Positions 1 through 8,804 of a stretch of DNA of 64,000 bases are shown piece after piece. The notes beneath the pieces were generated by a model that did not search any database, was not told the DNA's origin, and was given only the letters and a program-made list of their open reading frames with translations. Position numbers and translations under genes: made by a program. The DNA comes from Burkholderiales bacterium (GTDB taxonomy: Bacteria; Pseudomonadota; Gammaproteobacteria; Burkholderiales; SG8-39). The first letter of the stretch is position 1, and each line of letters opens with the position of its first letter. The stretch covers positions 17,719-81,718 of the forward strand of contig DASSQD010000035.1 of the NCBI GenBank assembly GCA_035702665.1. Direction: 5' to 3'.

Positions 1-332
1 ACGCGCTCGATCTCGACCTCGAGCTCCGAGGCGAGGCTGTCGAGGGTGGGATCGAGTCGCGCGGCGATCCGCTTGTTCGCCCACAGCAGCTTTTCGCCGA
101 GGGGAGTCAGCACCGCGCCGCGGCCTCGCGTCATGGCGACCAGCGGCGCTCCGAAGATCCGGCTTCCGCCGCGCACCAGCTCCCAGGCATAGCGATACGA
201 CACGTCAAGCTTCTTTGCCGCGGCCGCAAGCTGTCCTGCCTCGTCCATCCCGGTCAGCAGCTCTATCAGTTGATGCAAAGGGCGGCGCACGGCGTCGGGT
301 CCTTCCACGAGCCACTGAGGTTTGATGGACAT
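1..332 (-). CDS. ModE-like winged-helix transcriptional regulator (N-terminal part only; gene runs off the left edge of the window)
   Basis: Own minus-strand translation from the ATG at 330-332: MSIKPQWLVEGPDAVRRPLHQLIELLTGMDEAGQLAAAAKKLDVSYRYAWELVRGGSRIFGAPLVAMTRGRGAVLTPLGEKLLWANKRIAARL... The pattern SY(K/R)xAW...G(G)AxLTxxG matches the ModE/LysR-type N-terminal HTH. It is absent from the ORF track because no stop codon lies inside the window. Divergent from the MFS gene. Confidence 0.6.
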   Translation of the reverse strand, partial: MSIKPQWLVEGPDAVRRPLHQLIELLTGMDEAGQLAAAAKKLDVSYRYAWELVRGGSRIFGAPLVAMTRGRGAVLTPLGEKLLWANKRIAARLDPTLDSLASELEVEIER

Positions 333-400
333 CTTGAACATGATTTTTTTACCTTCCTATGTCGCGAAATGCATGTTGAACGATTCTGGCTCCGCCGTGG

Positions 401-447
401 AATATGTCGGCAAAAGCATATCTCAATATGTTCGAAGACTCATATTG
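401..447. promoter_or_regulatory. Two tandem inverted repeats AATATG-N10-CATAT(T/C), candidate operator pair in the regulator/MFS divergent intergenic region
   Basis: Site A: AATATG (401-406), N10, CATATC (417-422), 5/6 symmetric. Site B: CAATATG (424-430), N10, CATATTG (441-447), perfect 7/7. The two sites are offset by 24 bp. They lie between the regulator start (332) and the MFS start (568). Confidence 0.45.
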
Positions 448-567
448 CCCGGATTTGAGACGGGATGTTAGGTTCGCCGACGGTGTCAACGGGAACGCAC
501 AAATGGTTTCCGCACATCCAATAACAATTTTTCAGCACGCGACGACAATAAATAGGAGGGAACGAGC

Positions 568-2238
568 ATGGCTGAGGCGATTACAGTACCCGAGGGGGAC
601 ATCGGACAACGGATCTGGGATCTGCTCTCCAAGGAGCGCATCGTCGCTGGACCGGGATTCAATCGGTGGCTGGTGCCGCCCGCGGCGTTATGCATTCACC
701 TGTGCATCGGCATGGCCTACGGCTTCAGCGTGTTCTGGCTGCCGCTCTCCCATGCGATCAACGCCAAGGCGGCCATCGCCTGCCCGGCGGACATGTCGTT
801 CTTCGCGCGCATGTTCGCGACAGGCTGCGATTGGAGGATCAGCGAGCTGGGTTGGATGTACACCCTGTACTTCGTCTTCCTCGGAGCGGCGGCGGCGGTC
901 TGGGGCGGATGGCTGGAGCGCGCCGGCCCACGCAAGGCGGGCTTCGTCGCAGCCTGTTGCTGGTGCGGCGGGCTCGTGTTCTCTGCAGCGGGCGTCTTCC
1001 TGCACCAAATCTGGATGATGTGGCTGGGAACCGGAATCATCGGTGGCGTCGGACTCGGCTTGGGCTACATCTCGCCCGTGTCGACGCTGATCAAATGGTT
1101 CCCCGACCGCCGAGGCATGGCCACCGGGATGGCGATCATGGGCTTCGGCGGGGGCGCAATGATCGGCGCGCCCCTCGCGGACATCCTCATGAAGCACTAC
1201 GCGACCGAGACCTCGGTCGGCGTGGTCGAAACGTTCGTAACGATGGCGGTGATCTACTTCATCTTCATGACAATGGGCGCGTTCGGCTACCGCATCCCGG
1301 CGCCCGGCTGGAAGCCCGAAGGCTGGAACCCGCCGGCGCAGAACGGGAAGAGCATGATCACGACGCGTCACGTGCACCTGAACGAGGCGCACAAGACGCC
1401 TCAGTTCTGGCTGATCTGGTGGGTGCTGTGCCTTAACGTGACCGCGGGCATCGGGATCATCGGCATGGCCTCGCCGATGCTCCAGGAGGTCTTCGCCGGC
1501 AAGCTGATAGGCATCACCGCGACCTTCAACGAGCTGACCGCGGGGCAAAGAGGGCAGATCGCGGCGATTGCGGCGGGCTTCACCGGCCTGCTTTCCCTGT
1601 TCAACATCGGCGGGCGCTTCGCCTGGGCATCGAGCTCCGATTACCTCGGCCGCAAGCTCACCTATTACACGTTCTTCGTGCTGGGCATCGTGCTCTACGC
1701 CTCGGCGCCCTGGTCGGGCCATCTCGGCCACGTCGCGCTGTTCGTCGGCGCGTTCTGCATCATCCTGTCGATGTACGGCGGCGGATTCTCGACGGTTCCG
1801 GCTTACCTCGCCGACATGTTCGGCACGCAGATGGTGGGCGCGATCCACGGCCGGCTTTTGACGGCGTGGTCGGCGGCGGGCATCTTCGGCCCGGTGATCG
1901 TCAACTACATGAGGGAGTATCAGCTCGACCACGGAGTGCCGCGCGCGCAAGTGTACGACACCACGGCCTACATCCTGTGCGGCCTTCTCGTGATCGGCTT
2001 CATCTGCAACTGGCTGGTGAAGCCGGTCGCCGACAAGCACTTCATGACCGACGCCGAGCTCGAGGCCGAGCGCAAGCTGGCGCACGAGGCGGCGAGGGCG
2101 GCGACGGTGAGCGGGCGAGCCGCCAGCGACGAGAAGACGCCGACCTGGCTCGTGGTCGCGGCGTGGCTCGTCGTCGGCATCCCGATCCTGTGGGGTGTCT
2201 GGGTCACGCTGGAAAAGGCCTGGATCCTGTTTAAATAG
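568..2238 (+). CDS. MFS transporter, oxalate/formate antiporter (OFA) family
   Basis: 556-aa ORF with about 12 predicted TM segments. The N-terminus NRWLVPPAALCIHLCIGMAYGFSVFWLPL and the overall layout are typical of OFA/OxlT-like MFS proteins. AGGAGG-like RBS (ataggaggg) upstream of the ATG. Oxalate/formate gene context. Confidence 0.8.
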   Translation: MAEAITVPEGDIGQRIWDLLSKERIVAGPGFNRWLVPPAALCIHLCIGMAYGFSVFWLPLSHAINAKAAIACPADMSFFARMFATGCDWRISELGWMYTLYFVFLGAAAAVWGGWLERAGPRKAGFVAACCWCGGLVFSAAGVFLHQIWMMWLGTGIIGGVGLGLGYISPVSTLIKWFPDRRGMATGMAIMGFGGGAMIGAPLADILMKHYATETSVGVVETFVTMAVIYFIFMTMGAFGYRIPAPGWKPEGWNPPAQNGKSMITTRHVHLNEAHKTPQFWLIWWVLCLNVTAGIGIIGMASPMLQEVFAGKLIGITATFNELTAGQRGQIAAIAAGFTGLLSLFNIGGRFAWASSSDYLGRKLTYYTFFVLGIVLYASAPWSGHLGHVALFVGAFCIILSMYGGGFSTVPAYLADMFGTQMVGAIHGRLLTAWSAAGIFGPVIVNYMREYQLDHGVPRAQVYDTTAYILCGLLVIGFICNWLVKPVADKHFMTDAELEAERKLAHEAARAATVSGRAASDEKTPTWLVVAAWLVVGIPILWGVWVTLEKAWILFK

Positions 2239-2248
2239 TTCGTTCCGT

Positions 2249-2275
2249 CGCCCACCGCTTTCCAGACGGTGGGCG
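2249..2275 (+). terminator. GC-rich hairpin directly after the MFS stop codon (possible terminator or RNA-stabilising element; no U-tract)
   Basis: CGCCCACCG (2249-2257), 9-nt loop, CGGTGGGCG (2267-2275): a perfect 9-bp stem 11 nt after the stop codon. It is not followed by a T-run, so function is uncertain. Confidence 0.35.
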
Positions 2276-2283
2276 GCCGGAAC

Positions 2284-2297
2284 TTGACTCGTGTCAA
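2284..2297. promoter_or_regulatory. Crp/Fnr-family box TTGAC-TCGT-GTCAA upstream of the formate dehydrogenase operon
   Basis: Perfect palindrome, extended to CTTGAC...GTCAAG. The -10-like TAAAAT at 2321-2326 starts 30.5 bp from the box centre, which is class II activator geometry. Confidence 0.65.
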
Positions 2298-2332
2298 GCT
2301 TTTGCGCGTGCGCTCGGACGTAAAATGAGCGC

Positions 2333-4027
2333 ATGAACGACCGCGGTTCCGTAACGACCCAAGCGAAGGGAAAGCGCGCGCGCGTGCGCGGCACGCCCAA
2401 GGGGCGCCAGGTCGACCCGAAGGCGCGCGACGAAGTCCGGGCGCTGCTGAACGACGATCCGCGCCGGCGCGACCTGCTGATCGAATACCTGCACCGTGTC
2501 CAGGATCGCTATGGACATCTCTCGGCCGCGCACCTGGTCGCGCTCGCGGCGGAGATGAAGCTCGCGATGACCGAGGTCTACGAGGTCGCGACTTTCTACC
2601 ACCATTTCGACGTCGTAAGGGAAGATGAAGCCGCCCCCGCGGCGATCACCGTGCGCGTCTGCGATTCGATCTCGTGCGAAATGGCGGGGGCGAACGAGCT
2701 GCTCGCGAAGCTTCCGGGAATCCTCGGCAGGGACGTGCGCGTGCTGCACGCACCCTGCATCGGGCGCTGCGAGACCGCCCCTGCCGCGGTCGTCGGGCAG
2801 AATCCGGTTCCGCACGCGAGCGCCGAGAAGGTCGCTGCGCTCGTGAAGGCCAAGGCGGTGAAGCATCCGCCGCAGCCCTACATCGACTACGCTGCCTATC
2901 GCGCGAAAGGCGGCTACGCCCTCGCCAAGTCGTGCGTCGGCGGCGCGCGCAAGCGCGAGGACGTCATCGCCGTGATGGAGAATTCGGGCCTGCGCGGCCT
3001 GGGGGGCGCGGGCTTTCCCGCGGGAAGGAAATGGAGGTCGGTCGCGGCGGAGCCGGCGCCACGCCTGTGCGCGATCAACATCGACGAGGGCGAGCCCGGC
3101 ACCTTCAAGGACCGCTGGTACCTGGAGCGCGACCCGCACCGCTTCATCGAGGGCGCGCTGATCGCGGCCTGGGCCGTCGGCATCGACGAGATCTACATCT
3201 ACTTGCGCGACGAATACCACGGCTGCCGCGCCATTCTCGAGCACGAGCTCGCGGCGCTCAAGGCCGATCCGCCGTGCAAGCTGCCGCCGATTCACCTGCG
3301 CCGCGGAGCGGGCGCGTACATCTGCGGCGAGGAATCGGCGATGATCGAGTCGATCGAGGGCAAGCGAGGCATGCCGCGCCTGCGGCCGCCTTACGTCGCG
3401 CAGGTGGGCCTTTTCAATCGGCCCACCCTGGAGCACAACATGGAAACGCTGCACTGGGTGCGCGAGATCCTGGAGCGGGGCGCCGACTGGTTCGCCTCGC
3501 ACGGCCGCAACGGCCGCAAGGGCCTGCGCTCGTTCTCGGTGAGCGGGCGCGTGAAGAAGCCCGGCGTGCACCTCGCGCCCGCCGGCATCACGGTGAAGGA
3601 GCTGATCGCCGAGTATTGCGGCGGGATGCTGGACGGCCACACGTTCTACGGCTACCTGCCCGGCGGCGCCTCGGGCGGAATCCTGCCCGCGTCGATGGCC
3701 GACATCCCGCTCGATTTCGACACGCTCAACCAGTATGGCTGCTTCATCGGCTCGGCCGCGGTGGTGATCCTCTCCGACAAGGACCGCGCGACGGCCGCCG
3801 CGCGCAACCTGACCAAGTTCTTCTCCGAGGAGTCGTGCGGCCAGTGCACGCCCTGCCGGGTCGGCACCGCCAAGACGCTGAAGCTGATCGCGGAAAGGAA
3901 GTGGGACCAGCCGCTGCTCAAGGAACTTTCCGCGGCGATGATGGACGCATCCATATGCGGGCTGGGGCAAGCGGCGCCCAACCCCGTGCTTTCCGTGATG
4001 AAGTATTTTCCGAACGAGATAACGTGA
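2333..4027 (+). CDS. fdsB: NAD-dependent formate dehydrogenase beta subunit (fused NuoE-like 2Fe-2S plus NuoF-like FMN/NAD/4Fe-4S diaphorase)
   Basis: 564 aa. The N-terminal third is NuoE/thioredoxin-like (RVCDSISCEMAG...APCIGRCETAP). The rest is NuoF-like (GLRGLGGAGFPAGRKW, EGEPGTFKDR, ESCGQCTPCR). Sits immediately upstream of the Mo/W-pterin alpha subunit. Confidence 0.85.
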   Translation: MNDRGSVTTQAKGKRARVRGTPKGRQVDPKARDEVRALLNDDPRRRDLLIEYLHRVQDRYGHLSAAHLVALAAEMKLAMTEVYEVATFYHHFDVVREDEAAPAAITVRVCDSISCEMAGANELLAKLPGILGRDVRVLHAPCIGRCETAPAAVVGQNPVPHASAEKVAALVKAKAVKHPPQPYIDYAAYRAKGGYALAKSCVGGARKREDVIAVMENSGLRGLGGAGFPAGRKWRSVAAEPAPRLCAINIDEGEPGTFKDRWYLERDPHRFIEGALIAAWAVGIDEIYIYLRDEYHGCRAILEHELAALKADPPCKLPPIHLRRGAGAYICGEESAMIESIEGKRGMPRLRPPYVAQVGLFNRPTLEHNMETLHWVREILERGADWFASHGRNGRKGLRSFSVSGRVKKPGVHLAPAGITVKELIAEYCGGMLDGHTFYGYLPGGASGGILPASMADIPLDFDTLNQYGCFIGSAAVVILSDKDRATAAARNLTKFFSEESCGQCTPCRVGTAKTLKLIAERKWDQPLLKELSAAMMDASICGLGQAAPNPVLSVMKYFPNEIT

Positions 4028-4043
4028 TGGCTGGAGGTAGCCG

Positions 4044-6851
4044 ATGGACCGCATAAGCACCGCGCAAGCGGCGACGATGCCCGTCGAGTTCAAGTTGAAC
4101 GGCAAGAGCGTCGTCGGCAGATCGGATGAGACCCTCATCGAGACCGCGAAACACTACGGTATCGACATCCCGCACATCTGCTACAAGGAAGGCATGCGGC
4201 CGGACGGAAACTGCCGCGCCTGCGTGGTCGAGATCAAGGGGGAGCGCGTGCTCGCGCCTTCCTGCTGCCGCACCCCCAAGGACGGCATGGAGGTCACGAC
4301 CGACAGCGCGCGCGCGGTCGCGAGCCAGAAGATGGTGCTAGAGCTGCTGCTTTCGGATATCCCGGAAAAATCCTACACCCTAGACTCCGAACTCGACCAC
4401 TGGGCGAAGCATCTGAAGCTCGGCAAGCCGAGGTTCGAAGGGCGTCACCAGCCGAAGTCCGATCTGTCGCACGCGGCCATCGCGGTGAACCTGGACGCCT
4501 GCATCCAGTGCACGCGCTGCCTGCGCGCCTGCCGCGAGGAGCAGGTCAACGACGTCATCGGCTACGCGTTCCGGGGCGAGCACTCCAAGATCGTCTTCGA
4601 CCTCGACGATCCCATGGGCGACTCGACCTGCGTCGCCTGCGGCGAGTGCGTGCAGGCCTGCCCGACGGGCGCGCTCATGCCGGCGCGCGAGGTGGGCAAG
4701 ATCCAGGCCGACAAGACGGTGGATTCGGTATGCCCGTATTGCGGCGTGGGCTGCCTCCTCACCTACAACGTCAAGGGCAACAAGATCATCTGGGTGCAAG
4801 GCCGTGGCGGCCCGGCGAACTCGAACCGGCTGTGCGTGAAGGGACGCTACGGCTTCGACTACGTACAGCACAAGCACCGCCTCAGGAAGCCCCTCATCCG
4901 CAAGCCGGGCGTTCCGAAGCACAAGGACTTCACGGTCGATCCTGACAACTGGTCCCAGGTGTTCCGCGAGGCGAGCTGGGAAGAGGCGCTCGACTTCGCC
5001 GCCAAGGGCCTGCGCGACATCCGCGATCAATTCGGAAAAAAAGCGCTCGCCGGTTTCGGCTCGGCGAAGGGCACGAACGAAGAGGCCTATCTCTTCCAGA
5101 AGCTGGTGCGCACCGGCTTCGGCTCGAACAACGTCGACCACTGCACGCGCCTCTGTCACGCCTCGTCGGTCGCCGCACTCATGGAGGGCATCAACTCGGG
5201 CGCGGTGTCGAACCAGGTGCGCGACGTGATGAAGGCCGAAGTGATATTCCTGATCGGCGCCAACCCCACGGTGAACCATCCTGTCGCCGCGACCTGGATG
5301 AAGAACGCGGCGAAGGCCGGCGTGAAGCTGATCGTCGCCGACCCCCGCAAAGGCGAGCTCGCGCGCCACGCGACCTACAACCTGCAGTTCAAGGCGGACA
5401 CCGACGTCGCTTTGTTGAACGCGATGCTGCATACGATCGTCGAGGAAGGGCTCGTCAACGAGGCCTTCATCCGCGATCGCACCTCGGGCTACGAAGCGCT
5501 TGCCGAGAACGTGAAGAAGTTCTCGCCCGAGGCGATGGCCCCGGTCTGCGGCATCGACGCGAAGACCATCCGCGAGGTCGCGCGTCTCTACGCCACGTCC
5601 AAGGGCTCGATGATCATGTGGGGCATGGGCATCTCGCAGCACGTGCACGGCACCGACAACGCGAGGTGCCTGATCGCGCTGGCTCTTTCGACCGGCCAGA
5701 TCGGCAAGCCGGGTTCGGGGCTGCACCCGCTTCGCGGCCAGAACAACGTGCAGGGCGCCTCCGACTCCGGCCTCATCCCGATGTTCTACCCGGACTATCA
5801 GCGCGTCGCCACGCCCGAGGCCAAGGCGCGCTTCGAGAAGCTCTGGGGGATGGAGCTCGACCCCAAACCGGGCCTCACCGTGGTCGAGACTATCCATGCC
5901 GCGAAGAAGCGCGAGATCCGCGGCATGTACATCATGGGCGAGAACCCGGCGATGTCCGACCCCGACGTCGACCACGCGCGCGAGGCGCTCGCCACGCTCG
6001 ATCACATGGTGGTGCAGGACATCTTCCTCACCGAGACGGCCTACCTCGCCGACGTGGTGCTGCCGGCGACCGCCTGGCCGGAAAAGGTTGGCACGGTGAC
6101 CAACACCGACCGCATGGTGCAGCTGGGCAGGAAGGCGATCGAACCGCCCGGCGAGGCGAAAGAGGACCTCTGGCTCATCAACGAGCTCGCCAAGCGCATC
6201 GGACTACCCTGGAGCTACACGCATCCGCGCGACGTGTTCAACGAGATGCGCCAGTGCATGGACTCGATCGCCGGCATCACCTGGGAGCGCCTCGAGCGCG
6301 ACTCCTCGGTCACCTATCCCTGCGAGAAGGAGGGCGATCCGGGCGAGCCGGTCGTGTTCACCACGCATTTCCCGACGACCACCGGCCGCGGCAAGTTCGT
6401 GCCCGCCGACCTCATTTCTGCCGACGAGCGCCCCGACACCGACTATCCGATGGTGCTCATCACGGGGCGGCAGCTCGAGCACTGGCACACCGGCGCGATC
6501 ACGCGGCGCGCCACGGTGCTCGACCACATCGAGCCCGAGCCGGTCGCCTCGCTTCACCCGCTCGATCTGGACCGCTTCGGCGTGAAGCCGGGAGAGATCG
6601 TCACCGTCGAGTCCCGCCGGGGAAAGATCGCGCTCTACGCGCGCGCCGACGAAGGCACCCCGGTCGGCGCCCTGTTCATCCCGTTCTGCTATTACGAGGC
6701 CGCGGCGAACATGCTCACCAACCCCAAGCTCGACCCGTTCGGCAAGATTCCGGAGTTCAAGTACTGCGCCGTGAGGGTGACGAAGGGCGGCCCAGAGCCG
6801 GTGCACTCGAGCTTCGGCGGCGGCAAGGCGCTGGCGGAACTCCAACGTTGA
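4044..6851 (+). CDS. fdsA: Formate dehydrogenase alpha subunit (molybdo/tungstopterin, N-terminal 2Fe-2S and 4Fe-4S domains; Cys-type, not Sec)
   Basis: 935 aa. NuoG-like N-terminus (CYKEGMRPDGNCRACVVE, CIQCTRCLRAC, CVACGECVQACP), then an MopB domain with VDHCTRLCHASSV (active-site Cys; no in-frame TGA). GGAGG RBS 6 nt upstream of the ATG. Confidence 0.9.
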   Translation: MDRISTAQAATMPVEFKLNGKSVVGRSDETLIETAKHYGIDIPHICYKEGMRPDGNCRACVVEIKGERVLAPSCCRTPKDGMEVTTDSARAVASQKMVLELLLSDIPEKSYTLDSELDHWAKHLKLGKPRFEGRHQPKSDLSHAAIAVNLDACIQCTRCLRACREEQVNDVIGYAFRGEHSKIVFDLDDPMGDSTCVACGECVQACPTGALMPAREVGKIQADKTVDSVCPYCGVGCLLTYNVKGNKIIWVQGRGGPANSNRLCVKGRYGFDYVQHKHRLRKPLIRKPGVPKHKDFTVDPDNWSQVFREASWEEALDFAAKGLRDIRDQFGKKALAGFGSAKGTNEEAYLFQKLVRTGFGSNNVDHCTRLCHASSVAALMEGINSGAVSNQVRDVMKAEVIFLIGANPTVNHPVAATWMKNAAKAGVKLIVADPRKGELARHATYNLQFKADTDVALLNAMLHTIVEEGLVNEAFIRDRTSGYEALAENVKKFSPEAMAPVCGIDAKTIREVARLYATSKGSMIMWGMGISQHVHGTDNARCLIALALSTGQIGKPGSGLHPLRGQNNVQGASDSGLIPMFYPDYQRVATPEAKARFEKLWGMELDPKPGLTVVETIHAAKKREIRGMYIMGENPAMSDPDVDHAREALATLDHMVVQDIFLTETAYLADVVLPATAWPEKVGTVTNTDRMVQLGRKAIEPPGEAKEDLWLINELAKRIGLPWSYTHPRDVFNEMRQCMDSIAGITWERLERDSSVTYPCEKEGDPGEPVVFTTHFPTTTGRGKFVPADLISADERPDTDYPMVLITGRQLEHWHTGAITRRATVLDHIEPEPVASLHPLDLDRFGVKPGEIVTVESRRGKIALYARADEGTPVGALFIPFCYYEAAANMLTNPKLDPFGKIPEFKYCAVRVTKGGPEPVHSSFGGGKALAELQR

Positions 6852-6943
6852 TCTGATTCGCCGCTCGCTCCCCGGAACGTTGCGGTAGACTCCCGTCGTC
6901 GGCCCGGCGCATCCGCCAGGCCGCGCCGTCTGGGAGGACAAGC

Positions 6944-8011
6944 ATGAAAACCGTCGGAATCATCGCTGCGATCGCGCTTGCCGGCGCGATGTCTCTTTCG
7001 CTCGCCGCGCGCGCGGCGGGTACGGACGCTCTGTGGGAGGTCACCACGCAGATGAACGTGCCCGGGATGCCCCCTGGGATGGGCGGAAACACGTCGCAGC
7101 AGTGCTTCGAGAAGGACATGCGCAAGAACGTCACCAAGGGCAAGAACGCGCAGGAGTGCACCGTGACGGACTACAAGGAAGCCGGGAACAAGCTGACCAT
7201 CACGATGAGCTGCAAGAACAACCGTTCGGCGGTCATGGAGTACGTGTTCAACTCGGGCCGCACGGAGTACAAGGGCACGATGCGCATGAAGGACGGCGGC
7301 CGGGACATGGTCATGAACACGAGCGGCAGGAAGATCGGCACCTGTGACGCGCAGCAGGCGAGGAGCGAGCGCGAAGGGCAGGTCGCGGCGATGAAGGCTC
7401 AAGCCAACAGCGCCCAAGCGCAGGCCGATCAAGCGAAGAAGCAGGCGACGGATTCGCAGATCGCGGAGTGCAGCAAGGCGGTCGACGCCATGGACATGGG
7501 AAAGCTGGGCATGTACGGCCGCTGCTACAAGAAGAGCGACGACACCTGCAACAGCATGATGAACAGCTACGGCAAGATGTACCCCGAGGTGCAATCGGCG
7601 TGCACCGCCAAGGCCGCCGAATTCTGCAAGCGCTACCAGACGCAGGACGGCTTCGCGAAGGCCGGGGGCGACCCGAAAGCAGCGGAAATGTGCGGCCTGT
7701 CCGCGGACAAGGTTAAGGCGTCGTTGTGCCCCGGCGCCGCGAAGACCGAGTCGCTCGACTTCCTCGGCCGCTACTGCCCGAACGAAGCCAAGCCGCTCGC
7801 GAAGAAGTACTGCACCGGACGCGACTATACCTCGCGGGAAGGCGGGAAATACGCGGCGCTGTGCTCGAGCTACGCCCTGGAATCCGCCGAGGCGCCGCAG
7901 CGCCCCGCGGGCAGCGGGCAAGCGCCCGGGCAGAAATCGCCCGCGAGCGGCGCGGTCCAGCAGGGCGTCGACAAGGGGATCAACAAGCTGAAGGGCCTGT
8001 TCGGAAGGTAG
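6944..8011 (+). CDS. Secreted DUF3617-like protein with a long coiled-coil/Cys-rich C-terminal extension
   Basis: Signal peptide MKTVGIIAAIALAGAMSLSLAARAAG. LWEVTTQMNVPGMP...QQCFEKD...ECTVTDYKEAGNKLTITMSC...YKGTMRM resembles DUF3617. Roughly 200 further residues are rich in Q/A/K and Cys. Confidence 0.55.
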   Translation: MKTVGIIAAIALAGAMSLSLAARAAGTDALWEVTTQMNVPGMPPGMGGNTSQQCFEKDMRKNVTKGKNAQECTVTDYKEAGNKLTITMSCKNNRSAVMEYVFNSGRTEYKGTMRMKDGGRDMVMNTSGRKIGTCDAQQARSEREGQVAAMKAQANSAQAQADQAKKQATDSQIAECSKAVDAMDMGKLGMYGRCYKKSDDTCNSMMNSYGKMYPEVQSACTAKAAEFCKRYQTQDGFAKAGGDPKAAEMCGLSADKVKASLCPGAAKTESLDFLGRYCPNEAKPLAKKYCTGRDYTSREGGKYAALCSSYALESAEAPQRPAGSGQAPGQKSPASGAVQQGVDKGINKLKGLFGR

Positions 8012-8012
8012 C

Positions 8013-8804
8013 GTGCTTCGTCGCCTCGCGCTCCTCGCTCTTTTCGCAGCGGGCTGCGCGCACGCGCAACAGGACCGCTATCCGCGGGTCGCAGACGCCT
8101 ATCTGGTCAAGCGCGACGGGATGCTGCTGTGGGCGGGGAGGGCTGGCGACAGGCTGCCGCCCGCGAGCCTCGCCAAAATGATGACCGCGCTACTCGTACT
8201 CGAGAACGGCGACCTGGATCGCGTGATCGTGCTGGACCGAGGCGTGGCGCTTGAGACAGGACGGCGTCTCGGTCTCAGCCCAGGGGAAAAGTGGCGCGTC
8301 CGCGACCTGTTCACGGCGATGGTAGTCCGGTCGGCGAACGACGCCTGCCGGGCGCTCGCCGACGACGCGGGTCCGAGCGCGCCGAAGTTCGTCGACCGGA
8401 TGAACCGCCGCGCGGCGGCGCTCGGGCTCCGGGATACGCACTTCGCCGACCCCTGCGGACACGACCGCGAGCAGCAGTACTCCAGCGCGCAGGATCTCGC
8501 CCGGCTCGCCGAGGAAGTGATCCGGTATCCGGATTACCTGCGCCTGGCGGGGAGGAGGCAGGCGGCGATTCGCAGCGCAGATGGGACGCGCTCGTTCGCG
8601 TTCGACAACACGAATGCGCTGATCGGGCGCTATCCCGGCGCGATCGGGGTGAAGACCGGATACACCGAGCTCGCAGGGACCTGTCTGGTCGCGCTCGCGG
8701 AGCGTGACGGCGTGCGCGTGCTGGTGGTGATGCTCAACGCGCGCAACCGCTGGTGGCAGGCGGTGGGCCTGCTCGACCGCGCGTTCGACGCCCGGCCGCA
8801 ATGA
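8013..8804 (+). CDS. D-alanyl-D-alanine carboxypeptidase (serine peptidase S11, PBP5/6-like)
   Basis: 263 aa. SxxK (SLAKMMT), SxN (RSANDA) and KTG (VKTGYT) motifs in the correct order. N-terminal signal/lipobox-like LFAAGC. GTG start. Confidence 0.8.
   Translation: MLRRLALLALFAAGCAHAQQDRYPRVADAYLVKRDGMLLWAGRAGDRLPPASLAKMMTALLVLENGDLDRVIVLDRGVALETGRRLGLSPGEKWRVRDLFTAMVVRSANDACRALADDAGPSAPKFVDRMNRRAAALGLRDTHFADPCGHDREQQYSSAQDLARLAEEVIRYPDYLRLAGRRQAAIRSADGTRSFAFDNTNALIGRYPGAIGVKTGYTELAGTCLVALAERDGVRVLVVMLNARNRWWQAVGLLDRAFDARPQ

Noticed and set aside
688-2400. 570-aa minus-strand ORF antisense to the MFS gene. Similar very long antisense or off-frame ORFs occur at 2294-4138, 4380-6005, 6692-7921, 11171-12532, 14363-16306, 20788-22605, 25819-27267, 31770-33272, 57856-58896 and 59045-59998.
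   Set aside because: Their translations are Arg/Ala/Gly/Asp/His-rich low-complexity strings with no recognisable motifs. Each lies opposite a gene with strong family signatures. This is the usual stop-codon-poor shadow-frame artefact of high-GC DNA.
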